Sequence record: PQ631072.1
Direction: 5' to 3' (one strand)
Length of the DNA stretch: 64,000 bases
From: Escherichia phage EC.P2
In this document: piece after piece, positions 56,226-64,000 of the stretch
Layout: every line of letters starts with the position of its first letter
Numbering within the stretch: position 1 is the stretch's first letter
Program-made: the position numbers and the translations under genes
Notes under the pieces: model-generated
What the model was told of the DNA's origin: nothing
What the model saw: the letters and a program-made list of their open reading frames with translations, nothing else
Databases searched by the model: none

Positions 56226-56708
56226 TTAACCACCCAATTGCAAATGTTTAGAAAGAACAATATCCCACTGATCACCACAACCGTTATCTATGCGGAACAT
56301 AATGTACGTATCATCTTCTTCTACAACATATAACACCTCATAGGAATTACAACAGCCTTCCCAATTTTTAACAGCCTCTGGTGTATCATGTGTAAAAATT
56401 TCATTACCATCATATGACCAAAACAAAGGGGTAAGGTTTTCGAAGGTCAGTGAAGTAGGGTTTACTTCATCTTTAACTGCTTCCTCATACTCCTTATGCG
56501 TTTGTACTGCTTTAGTTAGTGTACTCATGTCTATCTCCTTTTCTCCTTCTTGACTATGGAGGATAGCGAACTCTCTAAACTCCACTTCACGCCATGTTTT
56601 CAGGTAGTGCTTTATAATTTTATCAACATCTGCCTGTTCAACATTACTTTTCAAGCAATAGTAATCATGGTCTTCACCCATTCTACCCCATATGCTATAC
56701 ATTGTCAT
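56226..56708 (-). CDS. hypothetical protein
   Basis: 160 aa. Confidence 0.45.
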   Translation of the reverse strand: MTMYSIWGRMGEDHDYYCLKSNVEQADVDKIIKHYLKTWREVEFREFAILHSQEGEKEIDMSTLTKAVQTHKEYEEAVKDEVNPTSLTFENLTPLFWSYDGNEIFTHDTPEAVKNWEGCCNSYEVLYVVEEDDTYIMFRIDNGCGDQWDIVLSKHLQLGG

Positions 56709-56976
56709 CTGATTGATCCTTTACATTGTTCTTGGCATACACAGGAATAACATCGTGTTGATCTTTATTACTTTCATCTGTTAAAGCCCAAAACAATTTA
56801 CCTGCTGGATGTTTAAAGATGTAAGCAATAGGTTCCTCTTCCTGGGCTTCTTTGCTACGGATACCATCCCGCCATGCGAGCCAAGTGTAGACCATCACAT
56901 CTTGACGTTCTTCTTCGTTAGGCCACATATGTGGTGGAAAGTTTTTATCAAACCATTGCTTAAATTCTTCAGTCAT
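56695..56976 (-). CDS. hypothetical protein
   Basis: Track start TTG 56997; ATG at 56976 (MTEEFKQWF) with AAGGAG RBS preferred. Confidence 0.4.
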   Translation of the reverse strand: MTEEFKQWFDKNFPPHMWPNEEERQDVMVYTWLAWRDGIRSKEAQEEEPIAYIFKHPAGKLFWALTDESNKDQHDVIPVYAKNNVKDQSDDNV

Positions 56977-56986
56977 AGTCCACTCC

Positions 56987-57151
56987 TTAGCGTACAAAGT
57001 TAACTTCTGCTTCTTTCAGCTTTGACACTTCTACATAACCACCATGATCATCTTTAATCCATTCTTTTCCTTTACGGATGATAACAGGATATGTAGAGTG
57101 AGTAAGTTTAGGTACAGATCTTTTTGTTTTAGTGATAGAAATGTTTTGCAT
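56987..57151 (-). CDS. hypothetical small protein (below ORF-track cutoff)
   Basis: 54-codon ORF (MQNISITKTKRSVPKLTHSTYPVIIRKGKEW...) with AAGGAGA RBS; stop lies inside RBS of next gene. Confidence 0.3.
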   Translation of the reverse strand: MQNISITKTKRSVPKLTHSTYPVIIRKGKEWIKDDHGGYVEVSKLKEAEVNFVR

Positions 57152-57211
57152 AATAGTCTCCTTAGTAAATTTTACATAGAGTCTAGATTATTTAGTAGAT
57201 AGAGTCAATAA

Positions 57212-57478
57212 CTAATTACTGTTAGATCTGTATTCTGTCTTCCATTCACAATGGTAAACTTCAACAGGTTCTAACTTCCAGTGTTCAGGAACTAATTCAG
57301 GGCAATATCTACAAAAGAGAAATAGATAGATAATTAAGACAGGTATTAAATAGTAAAATGGTATACGATCATAACCATACTTACGAGATAACATGTAGAC
57401 ATATAGATAGGGTATAACAATTAATCCTATAACTATAAGTAAGAAGAGAAGTATAAACCTTAGTGTAGTAACATCCAT
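57212..57478 (-). CDS. small membrane protein
   Basis: 88 aa, two TM helices. Confidence 0.4.
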   Translation of the reverse strand: MDVTTLRFILLFLLIVIGLIVIPYLYVYMLSRKYGYDRIPFYYLIPVLIIYLFLFCRYCPELVPEHWKLEPVEVYHCEWKTEYRSNSN

Positions 57479-57642
57479 AGTATTCTCCTATACAGTAATA
57501 TACTCTGTTCCTGCCCCTCCATGAGTGACAGGAACAATATCTATAGAGAATACTAACTCGCTTCGCTCGTCACCTTTCAGGTTTAGGGTAGCATGTTTTT
57601 CTGAAAAAGTCAATACTCTCCACAAAACTTTACAAAATACTT

Positions 57643-57915
57643 TTACATAGGTACAACAGAGTCTGTTTTGAAGTCGTACATATGATTTACACCTGTGATT
57701 TTTGACATAGAGATTGCACGTTTAGCACCTGCAATTACCTGGTCTGTCTTCTTAATCTCTTCACGGAACTTACATACAGTTAGAGAGAAGAAACGATGAT
57801 CCATCCATTGACGATTCACACGATCACGCTTGAAGTGACGGAAATCTTCAATCTGTTTATTGCGCAATCGGCGCAGTACATGCAATAATTTATAGTAAGG
57901 GTGTTTATTTTTCAT
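57643..57915 (-). CDS. hypothetical small basic protein
   Basis: 90 aa. Confidence 0.4.
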   Translation of the reverse strand: MKNKHPYYKLLHVLRRLRNKQIEDFRHFKRDRVNRQWMDHRFFSLTVCKFREEIKKTDQVIAGAKRAISMSKITGVNHMYDFKTDSVVPM

Positions 57916-57918
57916 AAT

Positions 57919-58347
57919 TTATTCTCCAAATCGAAAATCGTCAATATCATCAAACCATACACAATGGCGAGTCCTTTCTTTTTCTGTTGCAGACATTGTT
58001 TCAACAGCTTTAGGACTAAGCACAACAGGAATGTAACGAACAGGTCGTTCATAATAGTAGCCATACTTTTCTGTATTAGCTGCCTCAAAGACTTTACGGC
58101 GTTCTTCAAGATCTTCTATGGTGAATCCTACCATATAACCATCATGTTTGCTACCCCATCCTTCCTCACTTTCAACAATCGGGATATAAAAGCCGTTACG
58201 CGTCCCTGACGCTGGTTCCTCTTGAGTCTGAAGGCAAGCCTCCCATCCTGCTTTAAAGACGTTATAGAGCGATTTACGCACGTTATGAGTGCCGCTTTCG
58301 CTTGCTGGATAGAGTTCATTAAACTTGTCTTGGATTTGTTGTGTCAT
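57919..58347 (-). CDS. hypothetical protein
   Basis: 142 aa. Confidence 0.45.
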   Translation of the reverse strand: MTQQIQDKFNELYPASESGTHNVRKSLYNVFKAGWEACLQTQEEPASGTRNGFYIPIVESEEGWGSKHDGYMVGFTIEDLEERRKVFEAANTEKYGYYYERPVRYIPVVLSPKAVETMSATEKERTRHCVWFDDIDDFRFGE

Positions 58348-58490
58348 ACTCGCCCCTTAGTGATTATTTGACCAGCTAAACAAATAGCTTGCAGTACAGT
58401 AAAGAAGTAGCCTAATTTTACACTACCCAATACCCAGAATGCAATGTTTGCAAACAAACAAAAAGCAATATTAAGTCTAAAGAATAACAT

Positions 58491-58757
58491 TTAATCCCCT
58501 TCATATTTAGGTAAAGGCATATATGCCACAATGGGAGGGTAATCAAAGTGAAAATGATGGTTCACCACAATAATCTTACCAGACATACTTTTATGCACTT
58601 CACAATACCCTTTTCCACCATCTTCCATTACCACCACATACTCACCTAGTGGGATATCGTATGGATCTTCTACTTTTACCCATTCTGTCATTTTGTAGAC
58701 TCCTCGTAGTAAGGTAAAGCCCTGATCAGTTGTTCTGAAGTGCCATTTTGCACCCAC
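58491..58757 (-). CDS. hypothetical small protein
   Basis: 88 aa. Confidence 0.4.
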   Translation of the reverse strand: MGAKWHFRTTDQGFTLLRGVYKMTEWVKVEDPYDIPLGEYVVVMEDGGKGYCEVHKSMSGKIIVVNHHFHFDYPPIVAYMPLPKYEGD

Positions 58758-58855
58758 GTAACACCATTGTCAACAGAAACATACCCTTTTTTGTCAATAA
58801 ATTTACGCAGACAGCCAGTGAACTTATTTTTGTAGATAACCATCTTTACTCCTTG

Positions 58856-59209
58856 TTACATCCACAGGTTATGAAAATACTTAGCAAACAAAATACGACC
58901 TTCTAAACGATCTTGCCGTTGTTTTTCATTAACTTCTTCTGGTGGAGTTGAGTCCTTAAAAGAAGACTCCATTTTTTCAAGAATTTCTAACCAGTGTTCT
59001 GCTGCTCGTTCTTCCATATAAGGTAGATAGTCACCTTTAGCGTGTGGGTACATCCGACGAAGTAACCCACTAGGAATTTTAACATTGTTTGTGGCTATCA
59101 CTTTTGCACGATACGCAGAAAGTGCATTGTAGATCAGTTTACTTAGTGCTACATCTAGATCAAGAAGATCACTCTCTTCAAATTGAATTTCATCGTGTAC
59201 AATTTTCAT
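58856..59209 (-). CDS. hypothetical protein
   Basis: 117 aa; 4-nt overlap with upstream gene. Confidence 0.45.
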   Translation of the reverse strand: MKIVHDEIQFEESDLLDLDVALSKLIYNALSAYRAKVIATNNVKIPSGLLRRMYPHAKGDYLPYMEERAAEHWLEILEKMESSFKDSTPPEEVNEKQRQDRLEGRILFAKYFHNLWM

Positions 59210-59493
59210 CGTGCCTTCTCCCGATCTGCATCTAATTTCAACAAGAAATCTGTATACTCTTCCGAACCTTGGTGTAAAAACATGTGATAAGAGCTTACCA
59301 GTTTCTTCGTTGTTGTATAACGTTCCATTTCCCCAACAACACCTCCACCTAGTGTGTAGAGCACAATACCTTCAACTCCAACATAGGTTACTACTTCAAC
59401 CAAGTCTGTGTTATCCCAATAGTAGTTAGGTGACACAATAAGATCGCCCACTGCCAGTTTAATGTTTGCTACTTCGTCTTGTGAATAATACAT
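59206..59493 (-). CDS. hypothetical protein
   Basis: 95 aa. Confidence 0.45.
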   Translation of the reverse strand: MYYSQDEVANIKLAVGDLIVSPNYYWDNTDLVEVVTYVGVEGIVLYTLGGGVVGEMERYTTTKKLVSSYHMFLHQGSEEYTDFLLKLDADREKAR

Positions 59494-59505
59494 TTGGTTC
59501 TCCTC

Positions 59506-59799
59506 TCACATTAAGACACGTTTTGTGTTGATGGGTGCATTATCAAACATGTTAAGAACATTATCAAGCAGTTTTACTAATTCATTTGTAATTTGTTCTT
59601 TTGAACGGGAAGAAGTGAGCACTTTGCTTTCACCAACAATATGCATAACTTTTATAGGAGCATCTAAAATGATGTTGTGCTGACGATCCTCTTCAAAAGA
59701 AGCCAACCATTTCTCATTGTTACCGTGCAAGGCTACAATCACACCAAAACCGTTAATTGTTTCAGAAATATTCTTAGTTGCTAAAGTAATGTTCATCAT
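59506..59799 (-). CDS. hypothetical protein (first gene of leftward block)
   Basis: 97 aa. Confidence 0.45.
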   Translation of the reverse strand: MMNITLATKNISETINGFGVIVALHGNNEKWLASFEEDRQHNIILDAPIKVMHIVGESKVLTSSRSKEQITNELVKLLDNVLNMFDNAPINTKRVLM

Positions 59800-59915
59800 C
59801 TACCTCTTTTGTTACGATACACACAGAGTACCAGAAAATAATTTCAGATCAAGTATTGACATACTGTTTTATTGTGCTAATCTTAATGCATACACAAATG
59901 AGAGGAGATAAACGA
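59800..59915. promoter_or_regulatory. divergent intergenic region, candidate promoters
   Basis: 116-bp AT-rich spacer between divergent genes; TTGACA at 59855-59860; AGGAG RBS at 59902-59906. Confidence 0.3.
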
Positions 59916-60467
59916 ATGCAAAACACCGATCTGACTTGGGTAGAAGCCAAAGAAGCAATGTTAAAAGGCAAACGTGTCAAACATAAATACTTTTGCGAAG
60001 GGGAATGGTTTGAAATGCGTAACCGATCCCTTGTAGACGAAAAAGGAAATAACATGGAACAATGGTTCAAAAATGAAATTTGGCAGGGAACAGGTTGGTC
60101 TATAGTTGAAGATCAGTCTAGCTCAAGCGCACTGTTTAGCCCTATTATGTATCGCGTCATCGGTGCTTTAGTTGTTGATCACGGAATTGCAGTGGAAAAA
60201 GAATGCTGGGAAGAGGTATCTTTTTTCAACCTGGCTTCTTATGCAAAAAGCCATATGCACTTGTTTGAAGAAGGGGATGAATTTGTTCTTCGTATGCGAT
60301 ATGGCAAAGAATTCAGATTACCACTTGATAATGATGTAGACACTGTTGTAAAATGGTTAGCAGAGCATTACGCTTACGATGCAATTTGTGGTCGCAGCTT
60401 CGGCAACGAACGCTGGGACATGATTTGTGAAAAATATGATTTTGAGCCGGAGTACGGAGTTTTATAA
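59916..60467 (+). CDS. hypothetical protein
   Basis: Track start TTG 59856; ATG at 59916 with AGGAG 9 nt upstream preferred. Confidence 0.45.
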   Translation: MQNTDLTWVEAKEAMLKGKRVKHKYFCEGEWFEMRNRSLVDEKGNNMEQWFKNEIWQGTGWSIVEDQSSSSALFSPIMYRVIGALVVDHGIAVEKECWEEVSFFNLASYAKSHMHLFEEGDEFVLRMRYGKEFRLPLDNDVDTVVKWLAEHYAYDAICGRSFGNERWDMICEKYDFEPEYGVL

Positions 60468-60718
60468 TGTTAAGTATCAAACCTAAAATGATAACAGCAG
60501 ATGAAGCAGACTTTATTTTCAAATGTGGACGTGTATGGAGAGAATTCACAAAAGGGAATGAAGTGGTTGTTGTTGTCGAACACAAGATATCTATCCAGGA
60601 TCTGTTTGGACAATATGTTGATGTTATTAAATTAGGTATTGACAAGGGTTTAGTTGAGGTGTTAACATTAGATCAAGTTGAAGCAGAGCACCTCGATAAA
60701 GTGGTGGTTGAATTTTAA
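60467..60718 (+). CDS. hypothetical small protein
   Basis: 83 aa; 1-nt overlap with upstream gene. Confidence 0.4.
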   Translation: MLSIKPKMITADEADFIFKCGRVWREFTKGNEVVVVVEHKISIQDLFGQYVDVIKLGIDKGLVEVLTLDQVEAEHLDKVVVEF

Positions 60719-60738
60719 AATACAGACGGGAGAAAGGT

Positions 60739-60912
60739 ATGAGTTTCTTTGTTACAGTATTTATGGCTATCTGGATTGTAGTCTCACTCGTTCTTTTCCT
60801 GGTGGGTTGTCTGGAAGAGATTAAGAAAGCGGTTATTTGCGGTTTCTTTGGCTTTATTATCTCTCCTGCCTGGATGTGGTTCTTCATTATGATTGGTTTC
60901 CTTAAAAGGTAA
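60739..60912 (+). CDS. small membrane protein (below ORF-track cutoff)
   Basis: 57 aa, two hydrophobic helices (MSFFVTVFMAIWIVVSLVLFLVGCLEE...); GGAGAAAGG upstream. Confidence 0.3.
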   Translation: MSFFVTVFMAIWIVVSLVLFLVGCLEEIKKAVICGFFGFIISPAWMWFFIMIGFLKR

Positions 60913-60926
60913 GTGAGGAATAAAGA

Positions 60927-61364
60927 ATGAGTAAAACAAACGCAATCGCAGATAAAGCAACGGATGTACTTCTGAACATGGTTAACGTCACTATTCAAAC
61001 AATGAGTGATGTTGTAGAGTTTGGAAAACAACAAATTCCAGAAGTAATCCATCAATTACTAGTGTGGAAAGCAGTATCCGCAGGTTTATGGCAACTTTTT
61101 AGTATTTGCTTTATGTTTATTACTTTTATTGCTGTGCGGAACCTCGTAAAAGCAATTAAAGATAAAGAATGCCTGTGGTCACGAGATCGCTATGGTGAAG
61201 TATCTGCTTTACCTATTGTTGGTCTTGTTGTCTGTGCTTTCTTTTTCTTTTTAGGATTTGTTATTTTCTTTTCGAATTTTGATTGGCTAAAAATCATTAT
61301 TGCACCAAAAGTGTATCTGATTGAATTTGCTGCTGATTTAATTCGTTCATCTCAACAAAAATAA
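60927..61364 (+). CDS. membrane protein
   Basis: 145 aa; predicted TM helices in C-terminal half. Confidence 0.4.
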   Translation: MSKTNAIADKATDVLLNMVNVTIQTMSDVVEFGKQQIPEVIHQLLVWKAVSAGLWQLFSICFMFITFIAVRNLVKAIKDKECLWSRDRYGEVSALPIVGLVVCAFFFFLGFVIFFSNFDWLKIIIAPKVYLIEFAADLIRSSQQK

Positions 61365-61375
61365 AAGGGGTTAAA

Positions 61376-62503
61376 ATGAAATACACGATTTATGGTGATA
61401 TTGTAAGTGTAAATAAAGATATGGGTGTGGAATCTAATTATCTTCCACCTGGATTCTATACTGTTAGTCGTGATCCCCTTGGCAATTATTTTTTAAGCCG
61501 TGGTAATCTAACAGGTGTACCGGATGTTCTGTATGGTGAAACAGAAAAACGAGCAAATCACGTTATCCGTACATTCCATCGCCGGAGTGCACAAGGTAAA
61601 AATACAGGTTTGCTTCTGACAGGAACTAAGGGCAGTGGTAAAACTATGTTAGCCAAGCTCATTAGTCGTGACCTTGTAGAAGAAGGTATTCCAACTATTA
61701 TGGTTACTCAAGCCTACAGTGATGCTAATTTCATTGAACTTATTAGCAAGATCACCGACAAAGCAGTGATTATTTTTGACGAGTTTGATAAAGTATATGA
61801 GAAGAAACAAGATCAAGAAGCACTTCTCACTTTGTTAGATGGTACTGGCAGTGGTAATAAACTGTTTATTCTAACTAAAAACAGTGGCTTTATCTCTGAA
61901 TTCTTTCTAAATCGTCCTAGTCGTGTGTTTTATAATTTTAATTATGATAAAATCTCACTAGAAACTATGATTGACTATTTAGATAAAAACCTGGATAACA
62001 AAGCACACTTTGATAATTTCCAAAGACTTTGGGATGTAAGTTTAGAGTTGTCCTTTGATGTGATCCAAGGTATAGTAGAAGAACTTAATTTCTACCCTGA
62101 TTTATCCTTTAAAGAATGCATCTCTATGATGGGCGTTTCTTTGGGTGGTGGTAATAAATGGGATATCAGTAGCGTTATTATTAATGGAAAACTTCAGAAA
62201 GTTAGCTGGGTATCTAGTTGGCATAACTTTACACCTGCAATCTTTTTAGGTGGCTCGTGCACACTAGACGTGTACTTGTCATCTCCAAGTGATGCAGATT
62301 CTAAAGAAGCCCTTGCTAATAGCTCTTACGTGGTTTTTGATGATGAAGGCGATGCTCGAATTCCGTTGAATGCGACAAAAATGAAAGCAGACCTTATCAC
62401 AGGCGGTAAAATCGTTGTGTTTAGTGATGATCCAGAAGATTCTTTCCGTATTGTTCTGGAACCAACTATCACCAATGGTGCAACTTTGGCAAGTGTGTTT
62501 TAA
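61376..62503 (+). CDS. AAA+/P-loop ATPase (paralogue B)
   Basis: 375 aa; Walker A GTKGSGKT, Walker B IIFDEFDK; shares many blocks with 45198..46358 (e.g. LLTLLDG, LTKN-G, FL-NRPSR). Confidence 0.65.
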   Translation: MKYTIYGDIVSVNKDMGVESNYLPPGFYTVSRDPLGNYFLSRGNLTGVPDVLYGETEKRANHVIRTFHRRSAQGKNTGLLLTGTKGSGKTMLAKLISRDLVEEGIPTIMVTQAYSDANFIELISKITDKAVIIFDEFDKVYEKKQDQEALLTLLDGTGSGNKLFILTKNSGFISEFFLNRPSRVFYNFNYDKISLETMIDYLDKNLDNKAHFDNFQRLWDVSLELSFDVIQGIVEELNFYPDLSFKECISMMGVSLGGGNKWDISSVIINGKLQKVSWVSSWHNFTPAIFLGGSCTLDVYLSSPSDADSKEALANSSYVVFDDEGDARIPLNATKMKADLITGGKIVVFSDDPEDSFRIVLEPTITNGATLASVF

Positions 62504-62516
62504 GTAAGCCAGCAAA

Positions 62517-62543
62517 TAAAAACCCGCTTCGGCGGGTTTTCTT
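62517..62543 (+). terminator. rho-independent terminator
   Basis: AAAAACCCGCTTCGGCGGGTTTTCTTG. Confidence 0.7.
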
Positions 62544-62577
62544 GTATTGATGCCAGATTTAATAAAAGGAGTAGTAG

Positions 62578-63750
62578 ATGGTAGCACTAAAATCATGGGA
62601 ACAATATAAAGAAGAATTAATACCCCTTGCTAAAAATCACAATATTCAAATCTTGGGTTATGTTGGTGAATGGAAAGGGAACAAGACTAAACTTAAGCTA
62701 TCTTGCCCTAAACATGGAGAGTGGAACACCACGAACATTAATGATTTTAAGAAGGGACGTGGTTGTCCTATCTGTTCTGGTAAGAAGCCGTTAACATGGG
62801 AAACAGAATTGCCGATCTTGGAAGAGATAGCACAGAAGAGGGGGTATCAGGTGTTAGGGTACGTGGGAGAATGGAAAGGGAATAAAACAAAACTTGATTT
62901 GTTGTGTCATTGTGGTAATAAATGGGATACTACAAGTATTAACAATTTTAAACGTGGTAGCGGTTGTCCACAATGTAAGAGGGAGAGACAAACAATGTCC
63001 GACGATCAACATATTGCAGATTTCTTTTCTACAGGGGAATTTAAGGAAGGCACTATCTTCACCAATACAGGGAAACGTAACAAGCGTGATGCAGTATGGA
63101 TGGTTGAGTGTCCTGTTTGCTCCCATGATGAATATGTTCAAGCAGGTGTTTGTGATGGTAAATTTTACTCTGCAGGACATAACCTTAAACAAGGGTATAT
63201 TCCGTGTCGTTGTGGGAACTATCAGTATACAGAAGACCAGATCACCTATAGGGTAAAAAAGGAAGTAGAAGGGAAAGGGTATGTCTGGGTAGATTGGATT
63301 ACCAAACCCTCTTCTATAGGTAAGTTTAAATATCTTTGTCTTGTGCATGGTGAGCAGATAGGGAGTGCTCGTAATTTATTAAGCCTCGGTCAAGGTTGTC
63401 CACAGTGTGCTGGTCATAATCAACAGCAATTATATATTAATATTGTTAAAGATAATGATATTATAGTTGCTCTTAAGTTTGGTATATCTAAAGATAGCGA
63501 TAGACGATTAAACGGTCAAAATAGCCGTAATCTGTTTTTTATGGAGCGTATTTGTTTATATGATTTTAGCACAGTGAAACAATGTAGGGCTGCTGAAAGA
63601 GCTATAAAGAAAAAATTAAAAACTGGTATTTTAACGGCAAGAGAGTTGAAAGATGGTTATACAGAAACAGTAAGTGTTTCTGATTTGGAAAATCTTCAAA
63701 AAATTATTACACAATATGGTGGCAAATTAGTATACAGTAAGGAGATGTAA
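62578..63750 (+). CDS. Zn-ribbon-repeat protein with C-terminal GIY-YIG-like (T5orf172-type) domain; homing-endonuclease-like
   Basis: 390 aa; two near-identical modules (ILGYVGEWKGNKTKLKLSCPKHGEWNTTNINDFKKGRGCPICSGKK / VLGYVGEWKGNKTKLDLLCHCGNKWDTTSINNFKRGSGCPQCKRER), further CxxC pairs, then YINIVKDNDIIVALKFGISKDSDRRL. Confidence 0.5.
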   Translation: MVALKSWEQYKEELIPLAKNHNIQILGYVGEWKGNKTKLKLSCPKHGEWNTTNINDFKKGRGCPICSGKKPLTWETELPILEEIAQKRGYQVLGYVGEWKGNKTKLDLLCHCGNKWDTTSINNFKRGSGCPQCKRERQTMSDDQHIADFFSTGEFKEGTIFTNTGKRNKRDAVWMVECPVCSHDEYVQAGVCDGKFYSAGHNLKQGYIPCRCGNYQYTEDQITYRVKKEVEGKGYVWVDWITKPSSIGKFKYLCLVHGEQIGSARNLLSLGQGCPQCAGHNQQQLYINIVKDNDIIVALKFGISKDSDRRLNGQNSRNLFFMERICLYDFSTVKQCRAAERAIKKKLKTGILTARELKDGYTETVSVSDLENLQKIITQYGGKLVYSKEM

Positions 63751-64000
63751 ATGCGGATTACTGATAAGTATGTGTTCTTCTTCTCGGCAAAAGATGAATT
63801 TAGCAACTGGTATCTATCATCTTTTATTGAACCTTTAGCTCCCAAGTATAATAATTCTATTACAAGTTCTGTTGAATTTACTTGTGTGGAACAATATATG
63901 ATGTGGAGAAAAGCATGTTTGTTTTATGATTACAACATTGCATCTTCTATTTTAACCGGAGATCTAAGATATACAGGAGAAAAAGAACAGGCATATTATA
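63751..64000 (+). CDS. NADAR (YbiA-like) domain protein, 5' partial (runs off window)
   Basis: ATG at 63751 directly after previous stop; VFFFSAKDEFSNWYLSSF ... VEQYMMWRKACLF matches NADAR signature. Confidence 0.6.
   Translation, partial: MRITDKYVFFFSAKDEFSNWYLSSFIEPLAPKYNNSITSSVEFTCVEQYMMWRKACLFYDYNIASSILTGDLRYTGEKEQAYY

Noticed and set aside
57479-57642. Structured RNA in intergenic spacer (8-bp inverted repeat TGTTCCTG ... CAGGAACA at 57506-57536)
   Set aside because: Single hairpin with a 15-nt loop and no conserved flanking motifs; insufficient evidence for a ncRNA, probably a terminator/promoter region.
1-64000. Integrase, repressor, attachment site, rRNA or CRISPR array
   Set aside because: No tyrosine/serine recombinase motifs, no HTH repressor next to an integrase, no rRNA-like conserved stretches and no repeat-spacer arrays; gene content is that of a virulent phage.

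Overview
AT-rich double-stranded DNA bacteriophage genome segment, most consistent with a large virulent tailed phage; all calls below come from reading motifs in the six-frame translations and the nucleotide sequence, with no database search. Three transcriptional blocks are visible. (i) 58-21771, rightward: virion baseplate / tail-fibre / tailspike module (gp138-like central spike, baseplate J-like protein, at least five fibre/spike proteins including a pectate-lyase-fold depolymerase, a collagen-like fibre and a fibre with Big_2 and SASA-esterase-like domains). (ii) 21807-59799, leftward: replication, nucleotide-metabolism and auxiliary block (beta-class DNA methyltransferase, SSB-like protein, Pol-beta-type nucleotidyltransferase, family A DNA polymerase, T7 gp4-like primase-helicase, four glycosyltransferases, SleB-like hydrolase, a Ter-type module TerD / vWA / TelA-like / TerC, a HAD-PRTase-macro operon, AAA+ ATPase, NrdG/NrdD, an intein-containing SF1 helicase, many small ORFs). 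(iii) 59916-64000, rightward: a second AAA+ paralogue, a Zn-ribbon-repeat / GIY-YIG-like (T5orf172-type) gene and the start of a NADAR-domain gene. No tRNA, rRNA, CRISPR array or integrase was recognised. The most novel candidate is a phage-borne Ter-type membrane module physically linked to a translationally coupled HAD phosphatase - phosphoribosyltransferase - TARG1-like macro-domain operon, with a NADAR gene elsewhere in the window, suggesting a nucleotide / ADP-ribose-centred metabolite or counter-defence system. Several ORF-track starts are TTG/GTG; where an internal ATG with a better Shine-Dalgarno removed an overlap I used it and say so.
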